A stretch of 64,000 nt of DNA from positions 186,001 through 250,000 of IMG/VR virus record IMGVR_UViG_3300025141_000016. The stretch is one strand, 5' to 3'. The first letter of the stretch is position 1, and every line of letters starts with the position of its first letter. The position numbers were made by a program, and so were the translations under genes. The notes under the pieces were generated by a model, which was not told the DNA's origin, searched no databases, and saw only the letters and a list, made by a program, of their open reading frames with translations. This document shows, in pieces, positions 45,505 to 55,792 of this stretch.

Positions 45505-48500
45505 ATGGCACCCTTCCCCCAGCGTCTTCGATGCCAGGAGGACGGTGACTTCTACTTGATGGATCTGGCGAAGGATACCTTCGTTCACTTCACGCCCCCC
45601 GAACGGGCCGAGCAGATCATCCGGTCAGGTAAGTTGCTGATGCGACCGCCGTACAAGAAGTTCGGGATCGACGCGGTGACGGCGGTGTCAGCGGTATGGG
45701 GTAGCTTCGTACCCGGTGTGCAAACCACCCACAGCAAGCGTGATGATCTTGTCGCGGTGGTGTTTCAGACCAGAACTCTTCCCCAGGTCGGTCACCCCGA
45801 GGAGGTCATCTGGAAGCGCGATGTGGCTCTCGTCAACCCCAAGATCGTGTCCTACTCCAAGGGCAAGGGGATGCTGCGAAGTGGGTTCGACGGTCAGGTC
45901 TACTACTCGATGCCCTCGTGGTGCGATGGGGTCGAGAGTCGAACGGCCTCCCTGCTTTGCAATCCCAATGCTCTCTCGGGAGCATGGATTGACCCCACGG
46001 GGAAGGTATACGAGATACGGCGTGGGCTGACACATGACCAGTGGGCTGACGACCACCTCACCAACGACAGGGAATACCAGCAACAGATGTGGGATGTTGG
46101 TGCAGGTTCTCTCCTCCAAGATCGAGGATGGGTCCGGTTCGTCAACTTCATCAACATGGCTGTTGGAACCCGACCCTCTCGGGCAGCGATGGAAGCGGCT
46201 GCTGACCTCGTAGCTGATTGTGTGCTCTCCAGGCGTGATGTTGACCCCGAGAAGGACACCCTTTGGCTTGAGACGGGGCCGATGCCCCATGCCCGTGAAC
46301 TGTCTATATCCACCTTCATAGAGGAATACGGTTCCAAGGCCACGGAGGAGAAAATGTGGGAAGGTTTGCTGGCCCGCTTGGCTTCCCGAGTCACTGCTCG
46401 TTATCTCGATGCCGCCTGTGGTCCGGTGCCTCGGATCGTGGTTGCAGCCAACCTCAAAGCGTTGAAGCCGAACGACTGGCTGACCGTCTACCACGGCACT
46501 ACGCTGTCCACGGCCCCGAAACTACTCAACGGGTTCGACTCTACGAGAGTCAAGTCCCGACAGTTCGGGGGGCCGCGTCATAAAGGGCTGTTCGTCACCC
46601 CCACCTTCCGCACGGCACGCAACTTCGCCTCGTATGGACCAACCGTGCTGGAAATGGTGGTCCGGGCCAAGAACCTCCACGGCACGGACTACTCCGGGGT
46701 CACTGGACGGGATGATCCCAGAAGGGAAGAGATTTGGCGAGACAAGTACCCCGACTCCTTTCGGCCTTACTTGTCCCAGACATTGACACAGGGACATGAA
46801 CCGCAGGCGCTACTTCAAGGGCTCGTCGCACCGCGCCAGATCAAACGGGTTTGGCACGCACCGGGCCAGAATGAGCCGGGACAGTGGTATTCCCGTAAGG
46901 AGTTCCTCGATCTGGGGCTGGACCCCTCGGCCAACCCACGGGACAAGCAAGACCCCCTGCGGGATCTGGGCATTGACCTCTCCTACCCCAACTACGACTA
47001 TGACGAGTTCATAGAAGCCCTCGGGGTAGCCTATGGAAAACCCGGCAAGCCAATGAGCCGTGAACGCATCGAGAAGACGCTCACCATGCACGCTGAAATC
47101 TCGATGATTCCGGGGCGTTCTGACACATTACTGGAACTGATTGAGGGGGCGGGGTTCCAAGGACGCGCAGCACAGCGTTACGCCGACCGATTCCGTGAAA
47201 CCCTCGCTCAACAAAGCCGAGAGGTTGCCGCCAGCGCAAGTCGAGTCGCTGCCCGCTACCTCGTCGCAGACTGCAATCTGCGGCTTCCCTCTCATTCATG
47301 GATTGACCCCAAGGGGAAGGTTCATTTGGTTCCCCTTATGCACGATGTCTGGGCCGAGGAAAAGATACGATCTACGCCCTCGATGCTGCGTTCGTTTGTG
47401 AAACGCTACAGGGAATACTATCCCGATGAACTCTATGAGATCGACCATCCGTGGACCAGTTTTCTGGTTGACCAAGGTTGGGTGAGGGTGGCGAACTTTC
47501 TGAACTTTGAGGGGAGAGATCACCTTGTTTCCCCGCACGCTTGGGAGTCAGCCGCAGACCTCATCATCAACTGTGTGGTCAAGAAGCAGCTTGACCCCGA
47601 GACTACTGTCGTGACGGTCGCTGGATATGGGAAGCAGCGATACTCGGTGTCCCAGATCGTCAGGGAATGGGGTGGGCGCAAGGCCGAGGATCGGTTGTTT
47701 GGGGCACTCATGGCCCGCACCGCTGCCCGACTTTGGTATCACGGGACTGAAAAGCGTTTTGAAGAGTTCAAGACCTTTGAGAGCCACACGTTTGGGTCTG
47801 ACCCCTCCGAAGTGCCTCTGTTCTTCTCGCCCTCCAAGTCCTTTGCAAAGATGCACGCCCAAGGACCGAAGGGGGTCATCTACACGGCGCGGCTGAAGTG
47901 GCGCAAGGTGTTTGATAGCGCCAACTTGTATCGGGAATCTCGGTACTGGCCCCCCGAACGTGACGCTCTGACCCAAGAGGGGAAGGCCCTGTACGACGAC
48001 CTCGTAGGGGGCAAGGTGTTTCCCGGCATTGATGAAGACGATCTGCTTGACGGGTATCCGAGTCTTTGGTCGCAGGTGCTCCGTATGGATTACGATGTGA
48101 TTGAAACGACGGAGTTCAAGCGGTGGCTCAAAAAGAACGGTTACGACGCGGCTTATGTCACGGGAGATGGTGAGCAGAACGTGTTTGTCTTCTCCCCGAG
48201 ACAGGTCGAGGTTGTGGGCGTGCAAAGGGCCTCCGCATCCGTTTCTGCTTCCCGTGTCGCTGCTCGCCATCCCGTCGTGGACATTGACCCCAGCAAAGTA
48301 AAGTTCAAGATCCGATCCAGTAGCGATGCTGTGGCTGTGGAAATGCGGTATGGCGGTAAGCGCATTGGCGGCATGAACGCCCACAAGGTCCGTTATCCAG
48401 AAGAGAAGGACTGCCCTCGGGACGTTACCGCGTTGGCTGAACGCTTCCCCGAGTTGGTGACGGGAGAATGGAAGCGCAGCGATGGTGAGGTGTGGCGATA

Positions 48501-49248
48501 CATCACCGCGCTGGCCGTCTTCAAAGCGTTCATCACCGAGGAGGAGTTTCGGGGGTATGGGCTCGGCAAGAAGATGTATAAGGCACTGATGGGGGCTTGG
48601 TTCAAGAAGGTCGGACCATTTCTTTTCATGCCCTATAAGTGTGACGGGGGTTCGGGCACGTCACCAGACGCGATGCGGGTTTGGCACTCTTTAGCCAAGG
48701 AGTTTCCATCAAGTGGCGACGTGGTTGCGGTGATGAAGAATCCGCGTGTGGCTCGGGGGCAGTTACCCCAGTACCGAAAGAGGGCACACACCCCCGACTC
48801 CAGCGAGGAGGTCGAGAACTGGGTGGATGACTTTGGGCGGGAAAACAACTACACGCCTGGAACCTGTGACCTCAACCGTGGCGACTGCGACATGATGTCA
48901 AACGTCTTCGCGGACTGGTTTGAGGACCAGACTGGCGTGGGGCTTCAGATATGGGCCGGTCAGGGGTTCATCCCTCCTCTCGGGAAGGATGCCAATGACC
49001 TCTGGGTCATGCTTTCGGGGGACAAAGCCCACAAGAAAGGCGAGAAACCCCTCTCCCATGTGGTCGTCGTCTGGGGGGATTGGGTCATTGACCTTACAGG
49101 TCGTCAGTTCGGTTCCAAGTACAAGGCCCCTGTGTACTCTCTTTCGGAGTTCAAGAAGCGGTGGGCCACCGTTGGGAAGGCCCGTCGGGCTGACCGAGGG
49201 ATCAACAACCTCCGACGGATGATGCTCCAGAACTCCAGCGATTGGTAG
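45505..49248 (+). CDS. polyvalent polyprotein: three ART-like domains, two WIDPxG repeats, GNAT, papain-like; tag-B linkers
   Basis: FVHFT...EEVIW; VYHGT...GLFVT; WYHGT...LFFS...GYDA; FRGYGLGKKMY; GDCD...SHVVV...VIDLTGRQF; linkers SRVTARY, SRVAARY, SRVAARH and RTA. Confidence 0.85.
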   Translation: MAPFPQRLRCQEDGDFYLMDLAKDTFVHFTPPERAEQIIRSGKLLMRPPYKKFGIDAVTAVSAVWGSFVPGVQTTHSKRDDLVAVVFQTRTLPQVGHPEEVIWKRDVALVNPKIVSYSKGKGMLRSGFDGQVYYSMPSWCDGVESRTASLLCNPNALSGAWIDPTGKVYEIRRGLTHDQWADDHLTNDREYQQQMWDVGAGSLLQDRGWVRFVNFINMAVGTRPSRAAMEAAADLVADCVLSRRDVDPEKDTLWLETGPMPHARELSISTFIEEYGSKATEEKMWEGLLARLASRVTARYLDAACGPVPRIVVAANLKALKPNDWLTVYHGTTLSTAPKLLNGFDSTRVKSRQFGGPRHKGLFVTPTFRTARNFASYGPTVLEMVVRAKNLHGTDYSGVTGRDDPRREEIWRDKYPDSFRPYLSQTLTQGHEPQALLQGLVAPRQIKRVWHAPGQNEPGQWYSRKEFLDLGLDPSANPRDKQDPLRDLGIDLSYPNYDYDEFIEALGVAYGKPGKPMSRERIEKTLTMHAEISMIPGRSDTLLELIEGAGFQGRAAQRYADRFRETLAQQSREVAASASRVAARYLVADCNLRLPSHSWIDPKGKVHLVPLMHDVWAEEKIRSTPSMLRSFVKRYREYYPDELYEIDHPWTSFLVDQGWVRVANFLNFEGRDHLVSPHAWESAADLIINCVVKKQLDPETTVVTVAGYGKQRYSVSQIVREWGGRKAEDRLFGALMARTAARLWYHGTEKRFEEFKTFESHTFGSDPSEVPLFFSPSKSFAKMHAQGPKGVIYTARLKWRKVFDSANLYRESRYWPPERDALTQEGKALYDDLVGGKVFPGIDEDDLLDGYPSLWSQVLRMDYDVIETTEFKRWLKKNGYDAAYVTGDGEQNVFVFSPRQVEVVGVQRASASVSASRVAARHPVVDIDPSKVKFKIRSSSDAVAVEMRYGGKRIGGMNAHKVRYPEEKDCPRDVTALAERFPELVTGEWKRSDGEVWRYITALAVFKAFITEEEFRGYGLGKKMYKALMGAWFKKVGPFLFMPYKCDGGSGTSPDAMRVWHSLAKEFPSSGDVVAVMKNPRVARGQLPQYRKRAHTPDSSEEVENWVDDFGRENNYTPGTCDLNRGDCDMMSNVFADWFEDQTGVGLQIWAGQGFIPPLGKDANDLWVMLSGDKAHKKGEKPLSHVVVVWGDWVIDLTGRQFGSKYKAPVYSLSEFKKRWATVGKARRADRGINNLRRMMLQNSSDW

Positions 49249-49470
49249 CTACCGTTTGAGGAAGGCGGCGGCGACACCCCATCCCTTCGACGTGAGCCGA
49301 CGGGGCTCTTTCTTGGTGATCCAGCCCTTTGTCAGTGCATGGTGGTGGTAGGGGCAAGGCCCCGAAACCGGGATGGAACCCAGAGGGTTTTTCAAGCAGT
49401 GGTCGGCCCACTTGATCATCACCTTCCGAGTCATCTGGTTGATGAACGCCTCTTCGCCTTTCGATCTCAT
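49249..49470 (-). CDS. small winged-helix-like protein
   Basis: GGAGA RBS; KGWI...LTSKGW. Confidence 0.6.
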   Translation of the reverse strand: MRSKGEEAFINQMTRKVMIKWADHCLKNPLGSIPVSGPCPYHHHALTKGWITKKEPRRLTSKGWGVAAAFLKR

Positions 49471-49520
49471 AGGTATCTCCTGCCCCACTATACCGAGGGG
49501 GTGCGCTTCATCTGTACCCC

Positions 49521-49535
49521 CGGTACTCATGCTAT
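49521..49535 (+). promoter_or_regulatory. class L promoter motif
   Basis: CGGT-ACTCATG-CTAT, 30 nt before ATG 49565. Confidence 0.65.
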
Positions 49536-49564
49536 GGGCACACGAGAATGAGAGAGCACCGCCT

Positions 49565-50578
49565 ATGTCCGAACTTCACCTGTATGACTTCGACGGAACA
49601 CTGTTCCGAAGTCCCCATGAGCCTGCGGTGTGGGATGGTCAGTGGTGGAACGACGTGCGCTCCCTGATCCCCCCGTGTGTCCCACAGAAGCCGGGGGCTG
49701 ATTGGTGGGTCAACCAAACTGTCAGCAGTGCCAAGCAGTCGATCTCCGACCCAGACGTGTTTGCCATGATGATCACAGGGAGGAATGCAAACTCGGGTCT
49801 TCGGTTCCGGGTGCCAGAACTCCTCAAACAGCGAGGGCTCAACTTCGATGAGGTCCATCTGACCCCCGTTAGCAGCACCCTGGGGTACAAGAAGAAGCTG
49901 CTGGGGAATACGTTGGGGCGGTATCCCCTCATCGACACCGTGCGGATGTGGGACGACAGACCCTCACACCTCCGAGCCTTCGCGCAGGTTGCGGAGAAGA
50001 TGGGGATTGACCCCGAAAACATCCATGCCACCCAGGTCCGGGCCAAGTCCAAAGACCCCGAGTGCGAAGAAGACAGCCCAGCAGGGGGTGGTTTCCTGTC
50101 AGACCCCCCTCCAATCGGAGACGTGTGCCGATATGTAGGGGTTTTTCTTGATGCTTCTTCCAAGGCAGCCCTGTCACATGCGTTCCCTTTTGCCCACAAC
50201 AAGATCAAGAACGACCATGTGACCCTCTGCCTTGGCCCCGCTCTTGGGGGAAACATAGCGGAGGGTGCCCTCGATCTCCTGGGAACGAAGGTACGCATGA
50301 AGGTGATTGGCTACGCCGAGGATGAGGATGGGCAAGCAGTAGTGGTTTCTGTTCCCCCCGGACTCATCTCGGACGCTTCCAGAATCCCTCATGTCACCTT
50401 GTCCATCTCGGACTCGGTGCAGTCCAAGTACAGCAACACTCTCCTCCGCAAAGGGTGGGAGCGTGTTCGCGGCCCCGCCATCAGTGGGGTGATTGATATG
50501 TTTCCGCGCTCCATGCGAAGGCAAGCAAGTGCAGTTCGGGTAGCCTTCCTGCATTCTCGCTTGGGCCGTAGCGGGTAG
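49565..50578 (+). CDS. HAD phosphatase (Swiss-Army-knife RNA-repair type) fused to a 2H phosphoesterase
   Basis: LYDFDGTLFRSP, ITGR, MWDDR; two HVT motifs; C-terminal RQASAVRVAFLH. Confidence 0.8.
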   Translation: MSELHLYDFDGTLFRSPHEPAVWDGQWWNDVRSLIPPCVPQKPGADWWVNQTVSSAKQSISDPDVFAMMITGRNANSGLRFRVPELLKQRGLNFDEVHLTPVSSTLGYKKKLLGNTLGRYPLIDTVRMWDDRPSHLRAFAQVAEKMGIDPENIHATQVRAKSKDPECEEDSPAGGGFLSDPPPIGDVCRYVGVFLDASSKAALSHAFPFAHNKIKNDHVTLCLGPALGGNIAEGALDLLGTKVRMKVIGYAEDEDGQAVVVSVPPGLISDASRIPHVTLSISDSVQSKYSNTLLRKGWERVRGPAISGVIDMFPRSMRRQASAVRVAFLHSRLGRSG

Positions 50579-50587
50579 CCTCTCTAT
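50574..50587 (+). promoter_or_regulatory. class L promoter motif
   Basis: GGT-AGCCTCT-CTAT, 30 nt before ATG 50617. Confidence 0.65.
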
Positions 50588-50616
50588 CAAGGCTCCCACC
50601 GTAGAGGTATTCGTTT

Positions 50617-51942
50617 ATGGCCCATGACGACGATGCAAAGAAAACCAGTGAGACTCCGTTTTCTCTGACGCAGAACCCCGCTCCGAACCCTGTGACGGGG
50701 TTGGCGTACAAGACCCAGAAACGGGATCTTGTAGAGAAGATCCTGGCGACGTTCCGGTCTGTGCTGCCGAGCAACTATGTCGCACAGGTCAATGGCCCCT
50801 GGTACTCGTTGCAGTTTCAGGCGATGGCCGAGCAGTTGGCCGAGATCCAAATCTTGGGGACCGAGGTCTACAAAGACTCTGATTGGGACTTCACGCGCAC
50901 AGACTTCTTGTGGCAAGTGCTGGGGTCACTCGTTTTTCCAGGGGCGACTGACCGCTCGGGCATCCCGGCCATCGACGGGGACACCGCCTATCGGCAGTTC
51001 CTACATAAGATGGTGTTGTTTCTGTTGGACGGAGCCACCAAAGCCAGCCTGGAAAGAGGGTTAGAGGCCCTTGATCCCGATGTGGTGGCCACCATCACCG
51101 AGAGGTATCTGGAGTCCCCCCCTCGTGATGAAGATGGGGCCTTCACCATTGATGACCAGTTCGTCATCGACGTTTTCATCGAGGGGGCAGCACCCAACAC
51201 CTTCCCTGCTGACCCCTTCGTTCTCCAGCAGAACGCGGAACTGGTGCTGGCAGCCTTGAAGCCAGCGCACGTCATCTATTCGTACTCCTACTTGTTCCGC
51301 GATGCCTTCGACAAGATCGCGGATGACAGTGGGGGCCTTTCCCTTGATCTCGACTCCTATTACTACGCCGACCTGCGGAAGTGGTGTCTGGGTGCCCAGC
51401 GCATCACCGGATCCGGGGACACCCTCACCAACCGGATGCACTTTTCGGACCCCACCAAGTCCTTCCAGAACGTCCGGGCTGGGGCAATCCTCACCTTATC
51501 CGCTGGTGCTAACAAGGGTCGCTATCGGGTGGTGTCAAAGAGGGTTCTCCTGGGGGGCATCGACCCAACATCAGTGACCTACACCCTCTCCACGTCCCTT
51601 GTTCTCACAGGGACTCTGACCGCTCCTGGCGTGGATACGGTGACATTGAGCGCGGCCCCTGATTGGAGCCTCATCCCAGTGGACACCACCATCACCATTG
51701 GAAGTGGGATCAACGCTGGGACGTATCGCTTGGACACAGTGCTGGGGCCAACGGGAGGACCAGTGGGAACTGTTGGGATCAGTGGCGCACAGGTGCGCCT
51801 GTCCCCCAGCATCCTTCAGGTGGAACGCCGAATGTTGAGCACGTTGAATGCTCAAGCCTATGAGGTCGGTGTGGATCGACTCGGGGTACAACTCCCCCAC
51901 GTTGTTGCTGGTGAGAACGTCTCCACCCAGTTCCTTTTGTGA
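50617..51942 (+). CDS. baseplate wedge-like structural protein
   Basis: LPSNY...DTAYRQFL...GAT...LKPAHV as in P2 gpI/Mu gp48-type proteins; T/G-rich beta C-terminus. Confidence 0.65.
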   Translation: MAHDDDAKKTSETPFSLTQNPAPNPVTGLAYKTQKRDLVEKILATFRSVLPSNYVAQVNGPWYSLQFQAMAEQLAEIQILGTEVYKDSDWDFTRTDFLWQVLGSLVFPGATDRSGIPAIDGDTAYRQFLHKMVLFLLDGATKASLERGLEALDPDVVATITERYLESPPRDEDGAFTIDDQFVIDVFIEGAAPNTFPADPFVLQQNAELVLAALKPAHVIYSYSYLFRDAFDKIADDSGGLSLDLDSYYYADLRKWCLGAQRITGSGDTLTNRMHFSDPTKSFQNVRAGAILTLSAGANKGRYRVVSKRVLLGGIDPTSVTYTLSTSLVLTGTLTAPGVDTVTLSAAPDWSLIPVDTTITIGSGINAGTYRLDTVLGPTGGPVGTVGISGAQVRLSPSILQVERRMLSTLNAQAYEVGVDRLGVQLPHVVAGENVSTQFLL

Positions 51943-51949
51943 GGCGGCG

Positions 51950-52771
51950 ATGACCCCTTCAAGCCAACGTGTAGCTTCCCGGTGGGCGAAGTCCCAAGCC
52001 AACTGGACGCTGCCCTATCTGGAAAAACTCATCAAGGCAGCCGAGGGTGACCCCACAGGGTGGGGGGAGAGTAGTCCTGCCGCCCGCGTCCTGCGGCAGA
52101 TGATCAAGTCCTCCGGGTTCGGGAACCTTGACCCGTTCCCAGTAGGTGAACTGTGGGACTACTTGACCTCATACGATGTGGACTCCGACGAGATCGCGGT
52201 GTTGAAGAAAGTTCGACCCCCCCGAGCACGGAAAAGGAAGGTAGGTCCGACATTCTACGAAGCACTACGCGCCTTTGAGCAGGCAACGGGGAAACACACG
52301 ACCACATCCCGCATTGACTGGGACAACGACCACCACTTGGCCCCGGCATTGTTGGCGATCACCAAAGCCGTCTCCAAGTTGCCCAAGCGGGCTGCCCGCC
52401 TCTGGCAGTCGGAAGTCAAGGAGGTGATGCTGGTCGGGCGCAACAAGAGCACCGAGGATGCCTCTTGGCGGGCCGGTGGCGTGATGCGTTTAGTGCTCGG
52501 AAAGAGTGGTTTCCACTCTGTGTCCCAAAGCGTTCCCCCCTGGCGCTCCCACATTGTCCATGAACTCGGGCACGCACTGGAGGACAAGTTGAATCTGGTG
52601 GTGACCGCTTGGTCCTCGGACCCCTACGGCCATGAACCATACATTTCGGCATACGCGGACACGAACGCCTCGGAGGACTTTGCCGAGACGTTTCAGGCTT
52701 TGGAGATGGAGCCGAGCCGCCTACGACGAGTAGCCCCTGCCAAGTATGAGGACATGAAGGCTCGCTTTTGA
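51950..52771 (+). CDS. tag-B zincin metallopeptidase
   Basis: MTPSSQRVASRW; IVHELGHALE...ISAYADTNASEDFAE. Confidence 0.8.
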   Translation: MTPSSQRVASRWAKSQANWTLPYLEKLIKAAEGDPTGWGESSPAARVLRQMIKSSGFGNLDPFPVGELWDYLTSYDVDSDEIAVLKKVRPPRARKRKVGPTFYEALRAFEQATGKHTTTSRIDWDNDHHLAPALLAITKAVSKLPKRAARLWQSEVKEVMLVGRNKSTEDASWRAGGVMRLVLGKSGFHSVSQSVPPWRSHIVHELGHALEDKLNLVVTAWSSDPYGHEPYISAYADTNASEDFAETFQALEMEPSRLRRVAPAKYEDMKARF

Positions 52772-52777
52772 GGGGTG

Positions 52778-52792
52778 CGGTAAGTCCTCTAT
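52778..52792 (+). promoter_or_regulatory. class L promoter motif
   Basis: CGGT-AAGTCCT-CTAT, 32 nt before ATG 52824. Confidence 0.65.
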
Positions 52793-52823
52793 TGATTGGT
52801 GTGGCGTAGAGGAGACTTCTCGT

Positions 52824-53201
52824 ATGTCTGACCAACCCAGTACCCGGCGAGTGGCCCGTGCGTTCCAAGCGGCACGAAACACCCGCCGCCTCAAAGAAGC
52901 CCTGGAGGCATACCTCCACTCCATCCAAATCGAATCCGAGCAGATGATGGATGACCCCAAGTGGGGGAAGGGGGGCAAGTATGACCCCGTAGCGGATGCC
53001 GGTGTTTGGATCGGGGACCGGGCCAAGGACGAAGCGGGGGCCGATGTGGTGCTCCACTTTGATGGGGCTGGGTATGACTATTTCTACTACGGGTCACGCA
53101 TGGCTGAACCTCACCGCAAGGCGGTGAGGGCCATCGCCAAGAAGCTGGGCTACGAGATGGAAGACAACACCAACTGGAACATCGGCTTCTACCCGAGATA
53201 A
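52824..53201 (+). CDS. tag-B protein, hypothetical cargo
   Basis: MSDQPSTRRVARAFQAA. Confidence 0.75.
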   Translation: MSDQPSTRRVARAFQAARNTRRLKEALEAYLHSIQIESEQMMDDPKWGKGGKYDPVADAGVWIGDRAKDEAGADVVLHFDGAGYDYFYYGSRMAEPHRKAVRAIAKKLGYEMEDNTNWNIGFYPR

Positions 53202-53238
53202 CCGCTAAAGGAGAGGCCAATGCCCACCAACGACGGAC

Positions 53239-53631
53239 CTACGCCGAGTCAGATACAGCGGGGGTAGCCAGCGCACCCACCCGAACCAGAACTTCCTCAC
53301 ACGCCGCATCTATGAAGGTGTCGGTCATCCGAAGTAGTCGTAGTCGGACTCGTTCGGCCAAGTCCTTCCGGTCCAGGGGCTCTGCGGATCCATTCTCCCG
53401 CTCGGAAATCGTGACGAGAGCCAAGAGATAGGCTTCATGCCGAAGCATCTCCACGAACAGAGAATGACCTGCTTGGGCCAGACCCCCAGAGGGCCACCCC
53501 CCCATCACTTCTGCATCAGTGTCCGAGGCTGGGCGATGTGAGGTCTGGAGGGAACCGTCGTTGAGGTTGTGCCTCATCTCCAAGATGAGACGCACGACTT
53601 CCACATCAGCTTCGGGGGTTTTGTTTTCCAT
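53239..53631 (-). CDS. hypothetical protein
   Basis: ATG 53631, downstream of nrdJ. Confidence 0.6.
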   Translation of the reverse strand: MENKTPEADVEVVRLILEMRHNLNDGSLQTSHRPASDTDAEVMGGWPSGGLAQAGHSLFVEMLRHEAYLLALVTISERENGSAEPLDRKDLAERVRLRLLRMTDTFIDAACEEVLVRVGALATPAVSDSA

Positions 53632-53704
53632 GCTGCACCTTACCCGGAGGGGTCGCCTTTCAGACCCCTGTGGCCGCTCGCGCAATCATCACGGACACCG
53701 CTGT

Positions 53705-55735
53705 TTAGGGGGTGCTGGCGTGGGCATCGAAGTCAATCTCGCAGGAACCCCCCATGCAAGCAAGGGTCTGTGCGCCCTGGCCCATGTCCTCTGTCTCGTA
53801 GCGGGAGAGGAGTCCGTAATCGACGGTGGGAAAGTCCTCACTCAACCGTAGGTATTCTTCCTCGGTGATCTTCGTGTAGGGGGCGAGTTCGTAGTTGCCC
53901 CCATCGTAGGGGAGAAACGAGAGGCCGGTCACTTCATCGAAGTGCGTGTAGAGCCAGTTCCCTACCTCGTCCCACTCATGGTCACGAACGTAGACGGTGG
54001 CACTCTGGTTGTGGCCGCGCCGAGAGCACCACGTCTGCATGATGTGAAGGTAGCGTCCAAGCTGTTCCAAAGCAGTCTCATCGTCGCGGGTCATGCACCC
54101 CTTGGGGGCCTTCACGGGGAACTCGACCACCCATGTAGGACATTCATCATCAGGTCCGTCCTTGTATTTCACGTCCTTGTGGACAGGAGCACCCGAGTCG
54201 CGAATGAGGTGGAAGAGAGGATCGGTGGCACTGACCCGCACGCGACGGATGTAGAACGGTGACCACCGTGTGTGGAACCCGCTCGCACAATCCACAGCCT
54301 GTGAACTGTTGCCACTCGGCTTCCCACAGGCCACCGAAGCGGGCATCGGAATGTTGAGGTGAGCCGAGGCTGCGGCAGCAGTTTCCAGGGCCACGCGGTT
54401 GAAGTAGGTCATGGCCTTGGGGTCATTGGACAGGGTGGGGTTGTCACAGTGCCCGGTAATGTCCACTCCCAGGAGCCGGTCCTCATCACAGTGCTTCTTC
54501 CAAGCCGGACGGAGGTACGGGAAGTGGGTGAAGGACGCTTGAATCGCGCCGATCCAAGTAGCCACCTTGACCTTTTCAGCGAAGGAATGAACAGTGTCGT
54601 CGGCTCGCATGACAGCAGCCGAGAGATTGCAGAACTGGCCTCCACCCCCTTCGCCGGTCCAGGGGTCTTCCGCTACCGCGTAGCGGAGTAGGATCTCCCC
54701 ACACGGGTTGGAGCGCATGTCTCCACGGCGTTCTCGACGCTTGGCGCTCGGGATCATGTAAAACCCACGCTCACCGCTGCCGCTGTTCCGTAGGGCGGCC
54801 CACTCTGCATCGAAGGTCTGACGGTCAGGCTTATCGCTCCAGAATGCAGACAGGTTCGCCATGTATCGGTGCTCGGGAAACTTGCCTCGGCTCCAGTCTT
54901 TCGCGTGGCGCATCTCCTCGTCGTCAGGGTCAGAGAAGCAGATGAGAGCAGCACGACGCACACCCCCTGCCTTGACGATCTCTCCGATCATGCAGCAAAT
55001 GTCGCTGACCTCCAACGAGGTCAGGTGTCGGCCCGAGGCCCCGTCGATGACCTCCTGGCAGAACTCCAAGAGAAGACGTAGAGGTTTTGGCCCGGAAGCC
55101 CTGCCCCCTTTCGTCATGCACCGTGAACCTTCAAGTCGGATCAGGGAGTAGTCGAACTCGACCGTATAGCCCTTCCACATGGAGGTGAGTCCGTGGAACA
55201 CCGCGTCGGCCCAACCCTCCGTTGAGTCTGGGATCAGGTACGAGACTGTCTTCCCGTTACGGGGGGCAACCAACGGTAGATTGCTGACGAACTTCCGTTC
55301 GACGGAGTAGCCAACGCCAGTGCCCATCATCAAGATGTAGAGCATCTCCGCGAAGGCCCGCAGGTTGTCCATCGGCAGGAAGGAGCAGTTGTAGATCATC
55401 GTGTTGTCGCGCTCTGCCGCAGGACCAGCCGACCACAATGCCCGCATCGACGGCAGCGTCCCCATCTCCAGCATCCCCTCACGCACTGACTTCAACACCG
55501 CTGATGGAATGTCCCGATTCCGGTCGATGAAATCCACATATCGGTCCACCGCTTCGGGGTAGACCTCACGCCGAGAGTCCTCTTCCCGCCATCGCAGGTA
55601 GGAGCGTGTGATCACGAACTGGGAGAGGGGGTTGGCGAAGGAGAAGGTAGGTTTGAGGTCCGCATGGAAAACCGTCCCCGGAAGCGTCTGTAGGCCATCT
55701 GTATTGTGTGCGGCGGGGGGGCGTGGTTGGTCCAT
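53705..55735 (-). CDS. nrdJ: class II (adenosylcobalamin-dependent) ribonucleotide reductase
   Basis: PSMRALW, YNCSF, GTGVG, GGVRRAA, SNPCGEI, FCNL, KPSG, C-terminal CMGGSC. Confidence 0.92.
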   Translation of the reverse strand: MDQPRPPAAHNTDGLQTLPGTVFHADLKPTFSFANPLSQFVITRSYLRWREEDSRREVYPEAVDRYVDFIDRNRDIPSAVLKSVREGMLEMGTLPSMRALWSAGPAAERDNTMIYNCSFLPMDNLRAFAEMLYILMMGTGVGYSVERKFVSNLPLVAPRNGKTVSYLIPDSTEGWADAVFHGLTSMWKGYTVEFDYSLIRLEGSRCMTKGGRASGPKPLRLLLEFCQEVIDGASGRHLTSLEVSDICCMIGEIVKAGGVRRAALICFSDPDDEEMRHAKDWSRGKFPEHRYMANLSAFWSDKPDRQTFDAEWAALRNSGSGERGFYMIPSAKRRERRGDMRSNPCGEILLRYAVAEDPWTGEGGGGQFCNLSAAVMRADDTVHSFAEKVKVATWIGAIQASFTHFPYLRPAWKKHCDEDRLLGVDITGHCDNPTLSNDPKAMTYFNRVALETAAAASAHLNIPMPASVACGKPSGNSSQAVDCASGFHTRWSPFYIRRVRVSATDPLFHLIRDSGAPVHKDVKYKDGPDDECPTWVVEFPVKAPKGCMTRDDETALEQLGRYLHIMQTWCSRRGHNQSATVYVRDHEWDEVGNWLYTHFDEVTGLSFLPYDGGNYELAPYTKITEEEYLRLSEDFPTVDYGLLSRYETEDMGQGAQTLACMGGSCEIDFDAHASTP

Positions 55736-55792
55736 GTGGTTCCTCTCGGCAGAGCGTGGAGATGATAGGGATTCAGTGCATAAGGGTAAGGG

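Noticed and set aside
41056-55735. Inteins in the helicase insertion or in NrdJ
   Set aside because: No C/S...HN-[CST] splice junctions or LAGLIDADG motifs were seen, and NrdJ is of normal length.
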